19,127 nt of DNA, from the NCBI GenBank assembly GCA_964447495.1, contig CAYUTF010000064.1, positions 1 through 19,127 of the forward strand, read 5' to 3'. A model generated the notes under the pieces. That model was not told the DNA's origin. It worked only from the letters and a program-made list of their open reading frames with translations, and did no database searches. Positions 8,559 through 16,824 of this stretch are shown here, in pieces (within the stretch, counting starts at the first letter, position 1; every line of letters starts with the position of its first letter). Source of the DNA: an uncultured archaeon (GTDB lineage Archaea; Asgardarchaeota; Lokiarchaeia; Sigyniarchaeales; SOKP01). The position numbers and the translations under genes are program-made.

Positions 8559-9074
8559 ATGGAAAGTAAAGTCTTTGAAATTGATGAGATTGATAAAAAT
8601 ATTATTGAACTAATTCAGAAGGAACCCACCCTTACTCATACTGAAATAGCAAAGAGAGTTAATAGAAGCCAACCAACAATCGGTATGAGAATTCGGAAAC
8701 TTGAAGATTCGGGGGTTTTAAAATTTCAAGCAGGAATTAATGTAAAAACAATGGATCTTATTCTTGCTCGGGTAGAAATTCAAACTTTAAACCCAAAAGA
8801 AATCATTGAATTAGTAAAAAAATGTCCTTATATGTTAAACGCTTTTCGATTAAGCGGAGATTCAAATGTTAGTGTTTTTATAGCAAGCACTAAATTAGAA
8901 CATCTTGATAATATTATTAATTGTCACTTTAGGAAAAATCCAAATGTTTCAAATGTATATATGAATATTGTAACTGACGTGGTAAAAGATTTCGTTTTGC
9001 CATTTGATTTTGATTTTGGCAAGTGTGAAAATACAACAGGTGGATTCTGTTGTGGTAAATGTATTAAAGAATAA
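8559..9074 (+). CDS. Lrp/AsnC family transcriptional regulator with Cys-rich C-terminal tail
   Basis: IDEIDKNIIELIQ...THTEIAKRVNRSQPTIGMRIRKLEDSGVL HTH, a RAM-like domain (FRLSGDSNV) and tail CENTTGGFCCGKC. Confidence 0.93.
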   Translation: MESKVFEIDEIDKNIIELIQKEPTLTHTEIAKRVNRSQPTIGMRIRKLEDSGVLKFQAGINVKTMDLILARVEIQTLNPKEIIELVKKCPYMLNAFRLSGDSNVSVFIASTKLEHLDNIINCHFRKNPNVSNVYMNIVTDVVKDFVLPFDFDFGKCENTTGGFCCGKCIKE

Positions 9075-9101
9075 TTTTTTTATATATTCTTTTCTCTTTT
9101 T
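9075..9101 (+). terminator. Probable archaeal oligo-T terminator after the Lrp gene
   Basis: TTTTTTT directly after the stop, followed by TTCTTTTCTCTTTTT. Confidence 0.5.
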
Positions 9102-9275
9102 AATGAATCTCTATTTGAATATTATTAGATTTAAGATCTTCAATACTGTAAAAATGGATTAGTTAGATACATATAGATCAAGTTTTTAGGTAATCAAAAA
9201 TTATGAAACAAAGTTATAAATCTTACAACATAAAAGTAGATCATCAACATGTATCATAAAATTTCTTACACTATG

Positions 9276-9291
9276 AATAAACTTTTATTAT
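9276..9291 (+). promoter_or_regulatory. Candidate BRE/TATA promoter for the tRNA-Cys (and possibly cysS) transcript
   Basis: AATAAACTTTTATTAT about 75-90 nt upstream of the tRNA and about 20 nt upstream of a hairpin. The AT-rich background limits certainty. Confidence 0.4.
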
Positions 9292-9364
9292 GTTCAATAT
9301 ATACATGTCATTGAGCAGAGTATGCCTTTAGAAGCATAAATCTGCTGAATTGGTCTATATCAAT

Positions 9365-9465
9365 GCCAGTATATCCGAGGTTAGATCTCAAACAAATCTG
9401 ACGGTAATAGTTAAGGAGGCGGCCTGCAGAGCCGTTATTCAAGGGTGCAAATCCCTTTACTGGCT
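9365..9465 (+). tRNA. tRNA-Cys(GCA) with a predicted 28-nt intron (9380-9407) in the D-loop
   Basis: Acceptor GCCAGTA/TACTGGC, discriminator U73 (Cys identity), D-stem TCC/GGA, anticodon arm GCGGC-CTGCAGA-GCCGT (GCA at 9426-9428), variable TATTC, T-arm AAGGG-TGCAAAT-CCCTT. It is 101 nt unspliced and 73 nt after intron removal. It lies 25 nt upstream of cysS. Confidence 0.92.
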
Positions 9466-9490
9466 TTTAAAGCCGATCAAGTGATAAATA

Positions 9491-10933
9491 ATGCAGATAT
9501 ACAATAGTTTAACATTTCAGAAGGAAGAATTTAGGTCCATTGATCCAATGGAAGTTAAAATTTATTGGTGTGGTCCCACAGTCTATGAAAGTCCGCATTT
9601 GGGACATATGAAGTCCGCTATAGCTTTAGATATCATTCATAGGTATTTTAAGTATAAGAATTTAAAGGTAATAGTTGTTAAGAATTACACAGATATCGAT
9701 GATAAAATAATTAAGCGTTCTAAGGAATTAAACTTAGATTATCAGACCATTAGCAAAAAATATATCAAAGAGTACGAAGATATGATGAACGTTTTAAATA
9801 TTTTAAAAGATACGAAAAATCCGAAAGCAACGGAAGTGATTCCTTTTATAATCAATTTTATCAAGAAACTCATTCAAGATAATCATGCATATGAGCAAGG
9901 AGGTTCAGTCTATTTTTCAGTTAAAAGCTTTCCACGATATGACTCAATTATGCAAAATGTTAAAGATAAAGATGCTGATGAAGATGATGACTATTCGACC
10001 GATCAAGATACTGCATACGGTGAAGATAAACATGATTCTCGAGATTTTGCGCTCTGGAAAAAAATGAAAGAAGGAGAACCTTATTGGGAAAGCCCCTGGG
10101 GGAAAGGAAGGCCAGGGTGGCATATTGAATGCTCAGCAATGGTTCTGAATTTGCTTGGGGAGACTATAGATATTCACGGAGGAGGACAAGATTTAAAATT
10201 TCCCCATCATAGAAATGAAATTGCTCAATCAGAATCATATTCAGGTAAACCTTTTGCTCATTACTTTATCCATAACGGGTTTATAAATGTGAACGATGAG
10301 AAAATGTCAAAAAGTCTAGGGAATTATTTTCTTATCTCTGAAATTCTTAAAGAATATGATCCTATGGTAATTAGATGGTTCTTACTCTCAAGCCATTATC
10401 GAAGTTCTATAAATTACTCTTTAGAAAATATGGAGCAATCTAAAAAGACATACAATAGACTTATAAACACAATTAAACAAGTTCATGATATAAAACCATC
10501 TTCTAAAGGTTCTAAAGAAAGTGAAGAATTAATTACAGAGATTTCAAAAGCGAGAACTTACATTATAAAAGCATTAGACAATGATTTTGATACACCTAAA
10601 GCTATCGCAGAGTTATTAACTTTATTTAGACAAATAAATAGGACGTTTCTCCAAGAAGCTAAACCAATAAATCAGAAGTTTAAGGATAGCTTCTTTCAAT
10701 TTATTGATGATATTGAAGCTATATTCGGTATATTTCCTAATATAGATTTCATAATGTCCCAATTATCAGCTATTTCTATTGGCGAAGATGAAAATTTAAT
10801 AAAAGCATTAATAGAGTTACTACAAAACACAAGAGAGCAACTTCGTAAAAAGAAAATATTTGATCTAAGTGATACAATTAGGGATAAGCTGCGAGAACTT
10901 GGTATAGATATTGAAGATAACAAAATCAAGTAA
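9491..10933 (+). CDS. cysS: Cysteine--tRNA ligase
   Basis: WCGPTVY, HLGH (HIGH), NYTDIDDKII, DFALWK, GRPGWHIECSAM, DIHGGGQDLKFPHHRNE, KMSKSLGN and SDTIRDKL motifs. Confidence 0.98.
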   Translation: MQIYNSLTFQKEEFRSIDPMEVKIYWCGPTVYESPHLGHMKSAIALDIIHRYFKYKNLKVIVVKNYTDIDDKIIKRSKELNLDYQTISKKYIKEYEDMMNVLNILKDTKNPKATEVIPFIINFIKKLIQDNHAYEQGGSVYFSVKSFPRYDSIMQNVKDKDADEDDDYSTDQDTAYGEDKHDSRDFALWKKMKEGEPYWESPWGKGRPGWHIECSAMVLNLLGETIDIHGGGQDLKFPHHRNEIAQSESYSGKPFAHYFIHNGFINVNDEKMSKSLGNYFLISEILKEYDPMVIRWFLLSSHYRSSINYSLENMEQSKKTYNRLINTIKQVHDIKPSSKGSKESEELITEISKARTYIIKALDNDFDTPKAIAELLTLFRQINRTFLQEAKPINQKFKDSFFQFIDDIEAIFGIFPNIDFIMSQLSAISIGEDENLIKALIELLQNTREQLRKKKIFDLSDTIRDKLRELGIDIEDNKIK

Positions 10934-10969
10934 CATATCCCCTTTTTGTAATAAAAATTAGGAGAAGAA

Positions 10970-11782
10970 TTGATTTACATGAAATTTAATAATAAGAAAC
11001 CTACCATCCTCATCCTTTCTCCTCATATTGATGATATTGAATTTGGAGTTCCCTTCTTCTATATACGATCCTTGAGCTTGGGATATAATGTTATTGAGGT
11101 TATAATGACCAATAGCGAATTTGGAACCCATGAAATTGAATTTAAAGGAGCCAGATTAAGTAAAATTAGATTTCATGAGTTAATGAAGGTTAATCAGTTA
11201 TTTACTACATATACAACTAATGTTCCTGAGTTAATTAGATTAAATTATATCGATGGTCATCTTCCAGTAGATATAAAGGCAATAGATCGAATCTCTGCTA
11301 TAATCAGAGATAAAAAGCCAGATATTATCCTTGCTCCAGACCCGTGGTATACTCTTGACCCTCATCCGGATCATCTCAATACCGGTAAAATTCTTTTTTT
11401 TGCTCTAAGAAATGTCGAACAAAATATCTTACCAAAGAAGATTTATTATTTCTATACCTTTAATTCGAATTCTCATTTTAAAGTGCACTGGAAAGATAAA
11501 ACTATCCTATTCAAAGCATACCTTCTATTCAAAAGCCAAATTACTCCACTAGAAATAAACTACTTAAAAATAGTGTATTTATTTTTACTTTTTAGAAGGA
11601 TTTTTAAGTTTGGAGGTTTTACAGAAAACTTTAGACAGCAAACAATATCAAATGACAAATCTGATTTCCCGAAGAAACTCAATTTACTCCAGAGAGTTAA
11701 ATATCACTTTTTTAGTATAAGATCAATCCCAAATATTCAAAAATTTCACAATCTTACACCAAAAGAGATTGGTATAGAATAA
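10970..11782 (+). CDS. PIG-L/LmbE family zinc-dependent deacetylase
   Basis: SPHIDD and HPDH metal-binding motifs, RFHE, YIDG, IRDKKPDIILAPDP. The start may be ATG 10979 rather than TTG 10970. Substrate unknown. Confidence 0.88.
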   Translation: MIYMKFNNKKPTILILSPHIDDIEFGVPFFYIRSLSLGYNVIEVIMTNSEFGTHEIEFKGARLSKIRFHELMKVNQLFTTYTTNVPELIRLNYIDGHLPVDIKAIDRISAIIRDKKPDIILAPDPWYTLDPHPDHLNTGKILFFALRNVEQNILPKKIYYFYTFNSNSHFKVHWKDKTILFKAYLLFKSQITPLEINYLKIVYLFLLFRRIFKFGGFTENFRQQTISNDKSDFPKKLNLLQRVKYHFFSIRSIPNIQKFHNLTPKEIGIE

Positions 11783-11783
11783 A

Positions 11784-12191
11784 TTAAAGTGGTGCTTCAC
11801 TACTTATTAGATTTTCATCATCATCTTCAAAGCGCTTATAATGCTTAAATAAAATTGGTGCAAGTTGAATCTCGTTTGTTGTCGAGACGGTAAGTACCTG
11901 ATCTTCTCCTGCATGTAATATTAACAAATATCCCTTTTTACCCTTGACATAAGCTTGTTCAAAATCACCTAAACCCATCTCAGTAATAGCTCTTTCACTT
12001 AGAGAACATAAAGCAGCAGTGACAGCAGCAAAACGCATTTCATCTACACTAGAAGGTAAAACAGAGGCAAGTGCTTGACCCGTATCAGCAGATATTTGAG
12101 CTGCTTTAATTCCTTTCACATCATCCATTACATTTTTAAGCAGTTCTTCGAGTGAAGACTTAAACTCCCTTTTTTCTTTTAAAATTCGCAT
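11784..12191 (-). CDS. Roadblock/LC7 (MglB/LAMTOR-like) domain protein
   Basis: VKGIKAAQISADTGQALASVLP, RFAAVTAALCSLSERAITEMGLGDFEQAYVKGKKGYLLI: the classic roadblock pattern. Confidence 0.92.
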   Translation of the reverse strand: MRILKEKREFKSSLEELLKNVMDDVKGIKAAQISADTGQALASVLPSSVDEMRFAAVTAALCSLSERAITEMGLGDFEQAYVKGKKGYLLILHAGEDQVLTVSTTNEIQLAPILFKHYKRFEDDDENLISSEAPL

Positions 12192-12561
12192 GATATTAGA
12201 TAAATTTTGATGATGAAAAGCTTAATCCATAAAAAAGAGACTTTAAAATTTAAAGTTTGGCATCAATTTGAAAATAAGATGCGGATAGAAGATACATGAT
12301 GGGAAAGCAGGTTTGGAAGTAGATTTGGCGGCTTATCAATCTCAACGTACACAAAATACTATTCATTTACTTTTAGAATAAATCAATGCGATTCATAGGA
12401 AAAACTAACCTTAAATAATGTTATTTCAAGCATTTTTGTAATTTTAATTTCAGTCAATTGCCTAATGTCTAAGCATAAGTATTTAAAAATCTACAAATCA
12501 ATATTCTATATTAGCTATAAATCTAAGATAGTTAAATTACATATAAATAGGTGAAAAAAAT

Positions 12562-13386
12562 ATGTCTAAACCACAATTTGAACATATTAAAATTGAGGAA
12601 AAAAAAGATAATTATTATGTCATTATCTCAATAAACAGGCCGGATAAACTAAATGCTCTTGCAACGGATACATTAAGTGAAATTGCGAATGCTCTTGAGA
12701 ATATGGTCTTAAATAAATCTATTAGGTGTGTCATTTTAAGAGGAACAAAAGACTTTACAAAAAAGCCAGCATTTTCTGCTGGAGCTGACTTATCTACTCG
12801 TGGTCATCCAGATATTGATCCTAAGAACTTAATGGATCAAAGCCATGCTATGTATATAAGACATAAGTATTATGACATAATAGAGCGATTTCCAAAGCCA
12901 ATCATCGCTGCCGTAGATGGATATGCACTAGGTGGAGGTTTTGAGTTAGTGCTAGTTTGTGATATTATTATTGCTTCAAGACGCTCAATATTTGGTTTCC
13001 CTGAAATTAATAGAGGGATAGCCCCTTTTAATGGAGGAACCCAGAGGTTAATACGAAATATCGGTAAGATAAGAGTTAAGAGAATGATTTTTTTTGGTGA
13101 GCATTATACCGCCGAAGAGATGTATAATTGGGGGCTAATCTCGTTTCTCGTTAATGATGATGATTTTGAAGAATTTGTTCATGAAAAAGCATCCTGGATT
13201 GGCAACGCACCAACCAAAAGTCTGTTTGTCATTAAAAAAGCTATCGATTATGGAACCCAGGCGCCATTAAATTTGGGACTTCAGTTCGAGCAACTAGGAT
13301 ATGCCATCAATTCTCAATCAAAGGATGCAAAAGAAGGTGTAACGGCTTTCTTAGAAAAGAGAAAACCCCAATTCACTGGAGATTAA
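12562..13386 (+). CDS. Enoyl-CoA hydratase/isomerase (crotonase) family protein
   Basis: NRPDKLNAL, AFSAGADL, KPIIAAVDGYALGGGFEL, FGFPE, GGTQRL and EGVTAFLEKRKPQF. Both catalytic Glu are present. Confidence 0.95.
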   Translation: MSKPQFEHIKIEEKKDNYYVIISINRPDKLNALATDTLSEIANALENMVLNKSIRCVILRGTKDFTKKPAFSAGADLSTRGHPDIDPKNLMDQSHAMYIRHKYYDIIERFPKPIIAAVDGYALGGGFELVLVCDIIIASRRSIFGFPEINRGIAPFNGGTQRLIRNIGKIRVKRMIFFGEHYTAEEMYNWGLISFLVNDDDFEEFVHEKASWIGNAPTKSLFVIKKAIDYGTQAPLNLGLQFEQLGYAINSQSKDAKEGVTAFLEKRKPQFTGD

Positions 13387-13522
13387 CCTTAAGTTCTTTT
13401 TTACTATTTTAAAGTAATGAACACGTGTTTGAGTGAATATCAATTGTTCAAAGGATTAGATTCAAAATAAGGATTTGCGTTCCTAACTCAATATATTATT
13501 TAAAAAAAGAAGTATAAAAAAA

Positions 13523-15244
13523 TTAGGCTCCATTAACCAATTTCACTTTAGGAGCGTAAACTTCTTGGACTTGGTAATTATTAAAGTTAATACTATAGTG
13601 ATCTCTCCAATGGGCTTTCACTTCGTATAGCATAGCTTCCATATCACTGTCTTTAACTTTACCTTTTGTCTGTAATAATGTCCCCATTGGTGATGCTATG
13701 ATTTCTCCATCTTTCACTACAATTTGACCATCTTTTATGGTATAAGCTGCTAGGGTAAACGCTTTTTCAATAGCTTCGCCATCCATCTTCTCGGGATTTA
13801 AATTATATATCGCAACATCTCCAATCGCACCAACCCCTAGATGACCTCGATCTTTCATTCCTAAACACTTTGCAGTCCCAGCTCGCGTAACAATGCATAG
13901 ATCATTTATGGTAAACTCATAATCAATATCCTTCAGATGTGTTTGCGTAACTGCTTTTTGAGAGCATTGATTGAGTAATAAATCATCTCGCGTCTTCTTA
14001 TCCATTAACCAGCGGAACGCTTTTGGATAAGCTGTAAAAGGACCGCCATTTGGGTGATCAGTCGTAAAGAATATTTGATATTTATTTTTAGTTAATAGTA
14101 ATAATTCAAGTCCTATAGCCCATTGAATCGCGTTTACCGCTACTTTTGGACTAAAGAAATATGGGACAATGCCCGAACCTGATTCGCCTTCTACTTGCCC
14201 ATTTACCCATTTCATTCCTGGTTTTGCGCCCCAGCTGCTCATTCCTCCAAGATGATGGAGTGCAAATTCCCATGGGCCATCTGCCGTCATTGTAGTGGTT
14301 GCTGCTTTTCCAAAAATAACTTGTCCAACGTCAGTAGTGATATGCTTATGTGAATTTAAATATTCAGCTATTTTAGATGCTCCCGACTCAAAATTATTCC
14401 AGTTGCTTCCCCCATAAGCATTAAATTGCATATGAGTAATATGCATGATTGAATCCCTGTCAGCTTGGGGTTTTATTTTTGCTACGGTCTCCATTGAAGC
14501 GAGAGTATGCTCTACATTTCCAGGATGGCCTAAATTATTACAATGAACGTGAATAGTATGTGGTAATCCTATTTTTTCGTTCGCAGTCGCTAATCCTTCT
14601 AATATCTCACGTGGTGTTACATCAAAATGAAGAACATGGTCATCAAGAGAATCCACGTTCTTTCCCCAAGCCCAATTCTCGACTCCTCCCGGATTCACGA
14701 TTTTAACAGCGTAACCTTTTGTAACATCCATTACCCATGAGATATAAGCTGCCAATTTATCATATTCTTGATCCTTTATGAATCGCATGACAAACCAATT
14801 ATTTCCAAGGAGAGGAAATGCCGCTTTATCAATGATAGGCATCTCATTGAACTCTTCATGGGTATGTCGCGCTTCTAACAAAGGTAAGGCGGGTTCCACT
14901 ACAGTGGTATATCCTAATCTTGCATATCGATACCCTGTCACCCAAGTTGAGGGAACAGAGTATCCTGTACCAGAGCGAGATACTTTGGTTTTCTTTTCAT
15001 TGTACTCTGGAAGTTTATCTTCGGGTCGAAATGCTCGTCCTGTGTTCACTTTTGCGCCAGCGATATGCGAATGAATATCAACACCCCCTGGCATAACAAT
15101 CATGCCAGACGCATCAATAATCTTTGCATCACCATTCACTTTATCAACTACTTTCCCATCTTTGATATGAATTTCCTTTTTTTCGCCATCTAAATTATTG
15201 AGAGGATCGTAAACTAACCCATTTTTTATTATTATATCTTTCAT
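13523..15244 (-). CDS. fwdA: Formylmethanofuran dehydrogenase subunit A
   Basis: MPGGVDIHSHIAG, GYRYARLGYTT, KIVNPGG, HVHCNNLGHPGN, TMTADGP, TTDHPNGGPF and GHLGVGAIGDVAIY motifs; 573 aa. Confidence 0.96.
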   Translation of the reverse strand: MKDIIIKNGLVYDPLNNLDGEKKEIHIKDGKVVDKVNGDAKIIDASGMIVMPGGVDIHSHIAGAKVNTGRAFRPEDKLPEYNEKKTKVSRSGTGYSVPSTWVTGYRYARLGYTTVVEPALPLLEARHTHEEFNEMPIIDKAAFPLLGNNWFVMRFIKDQEYDKLAAYISWVMDVTKGYAVKIVNPGGVENWAWGKNVDSLDDHVLHFDVTPREILEGLATANEKIGLPHTIHVHCNNLGHPGNVEHTLASMETVAKIKPQADRDSIMHITHMQFNAYGGSNWNNFESGASKIAEYLNSHKHITTDVGQVIFGKAATTTMTADGPWEFALHHLGGMSSWGAKPGMKWVNGQVEGESGSGIVPYFFSPKVAVNAIQWAIGLELLLLTKNKYQIFFTTDHPNGGPFTAYPKAFRWLMDKKTRDDLLLNQCSQKAVTQTHLKDIDYEFTINDLCIVTRAGTAKCLGMKDRGHLGVGAIGDVAIYNLNPEKMDGEAIEKAFTLAAYTIKDGQIVVKDGEIIASPMGTLLQTKGKVKDSDMEAMLYEVKAHWRDHYSINFNNYQVQEVYAPKVKLVNGA

Positions 15245-15507
15245 TGTAAATTTCCTTGATTATAGGTATATTTTTGATTTTTCTACAAATACTAATTCTT
15301 AGTACTTATTCTAATACTTGTAAAAATCTATTATTTTTATAAAGATTTATTATTATTTTTAGGTTTAGATAGGATTAAGATTATAAATATTAAAAAATTG
15401 CTTTTATAAGAATCAGAGTTATTTTATATGATATAATGATAATTGGAATGATTTCTTAACATATAGTGTAAAATTTAACATTATTATCTAAAAGGAAAGA
15501 ATATATC

Positions 15508-16647
15508 ATGAATAATGAACCATTGGAGAAAGAAATTGAAGATTTCTTATATGATTGGGGGGTATTAAGTATAGGATTTGCGACTAAAAAATCGCTAGAG
15601 GGTGGTCCATCAACCTTAGATATAACATACCCTATGAAAAATGCAGAAACTGCAATATGTTTTGCTCTTCCCTTGGATCGAGAGAAAACCAAGGCATTTT
15701 TAAGAAAAGATATGCCAAATGGGCGACGAGGTCATGAGCTTGATAATATTGAGACAAATATCAAAGCCTTTCAAATCGCAATTAAAACCACTAACTTTTT
15801 AAAAGAAAAAGGTTTTGACGCTAAACCTGTATTTCCTAATTATAAGTATAGAGAAGACGTTCCTGGATGGGAAATCAATATGATACCCGAACTTTCCTTA
15901 AAATTGATAGCTGCTCGTTCAGGAGTGGGCTCAGTGGGATGGTCTGGAAACATTGGTATAAAAGTTTATGGAGCAAATATCATATTGGGATGTGTGGTTA
16001 CTTCTGCGAAACTTCGAGCTAGCGATCCTATTCCTCCTGAAGAATTATTTTGTACGAAATGCAAAATATGTCAGAAAGTATGTGCTCTACGAATGTTTGA
16101 GAGTGATGAGATCGACGAACTTACTATTGGCGGATTTACTTTTAGTTGCTCAAAACGCCTTAATTTGGAAAGGTGTAAGATAGTCTGCGGAGGGCTTTCT
16201 GGATTAGAAAAAAATGGTAAATGGTCGACATGGTCCCCGGGAAGATATTCTTATCCAGAAACTGATAAAGAAGTTATGAAATTGCTTGCGATTGCGGTTA
16301 ATAATGCTCTTAAATGGCCAGATGACGGAACCGAAATTGGATTAGACGTTAACCAACTCGAAGGAGCCGAAGAAATTATGAATGCCCTTGGGGATGATAA
16401 AGAGAAGCTCCAAAAAATGATAATGGATACAAAGCTCACTTGTGGAAATTGTCAACTAGTCTGCTGGGGCGACTTAGAACAAACGAAGGAAAATTATGAG
16501 CTTTTACTTAATTCAGGTTGTGTAATTCAAAATGAGAAGGGTAAAATCGAAATATTATCTTCAGAAAAGGCAGAGCAAGAATTTAAATCATTTACCTCTA
16601 AACATCAGCGCCTATATTATAAAAATTACAAAAAAAGTAAAAAATAG
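15508..16647 (+). CDS. Epoxyqueuosine reductase (QueG)/reductive dehalogenase-like iron-sulfur protein
   Basis: SLKLIAARSGVGSVGWSG, YGANIILGCVVT, CTKCKICQKVC, RCKIVC and TCGNCQLVC (two Fe-S cluster motif sets). The true substrate cannot be determined. Confidence 0.75.
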   Translation: MNNEPLEKEIEDFLYDWGVLSIGFATKKSLEGGPSTLDITYPMKNAETAICFALPLDREKTKAFLRKDMPNGRRGHELDNIETNIKAFQIAIKTTNFLKEKGFDAKPVFPNYKYREDVPGWEINMIPELSLKLIAARSGVGSVGWSGNIGIKVYGANIILGCVVTSAKLRASDPIPPEELFCTKCKICQKVCALRMFESDEIDELTIGGFTFSCSKRLNLERCKIVCGGLSGLEKNGKWSTWSPGRYSYPETDKEVMKLLAIAVNNALKWPDDGTEIGLDVNQLEGAEEIMNALGDDKEKLQKMIMDTKLTCGNCQLVCWGDLEQTKENYELLLNSGCVIQNEKGKIEILSSEKAEQEFKSFTSKHQRLYYKNYKKSKK

Positions 16648-16824
16648 AATATTTTTTTATTCTTTTTTTTAAAAAAACAAGTTTCTATGTATAAATATAG
16701 TAATATAGTTATAATGAAAGATATAGAAAGATAGATATAATATTATAAAGAAAGAAAAATAATGTTACGATAATTATTTATCTAAATATAACTATTAATG
16801 ATTTTAAATTAAAGGTGTTAAATT

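Noticed and set aside
9310-9350. Hairpin as a SECIS element or K-turn
   Set aside because: TGA/GA flanks are present, but the register does not give tandem G-A pairs on a continuous stem, and no in-frame UGA selenoprotein was seen nearby.
3753-9364. Signalling block as a tRNA-integrated mobile element
   Set aside because: No integrase or transposase, and no duplicated tRNA fragment (att site) seen by eye.
9365-9465. tRNA-Sec or selC*-type tRNA, suggested by the 101-nt length
   Set aside because: The anticodon is GCA, the acceptor/T stems are 7/5 and the variable loop is 5 nt. The extra length is in the D-loop and is explained by an intron.
5746-10929. Short ORFs 5746..5931, 9885..10067 and 10696..10929
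   Set aside because: Fully inside the kinase or cysS genes in alternative or antisense frames.
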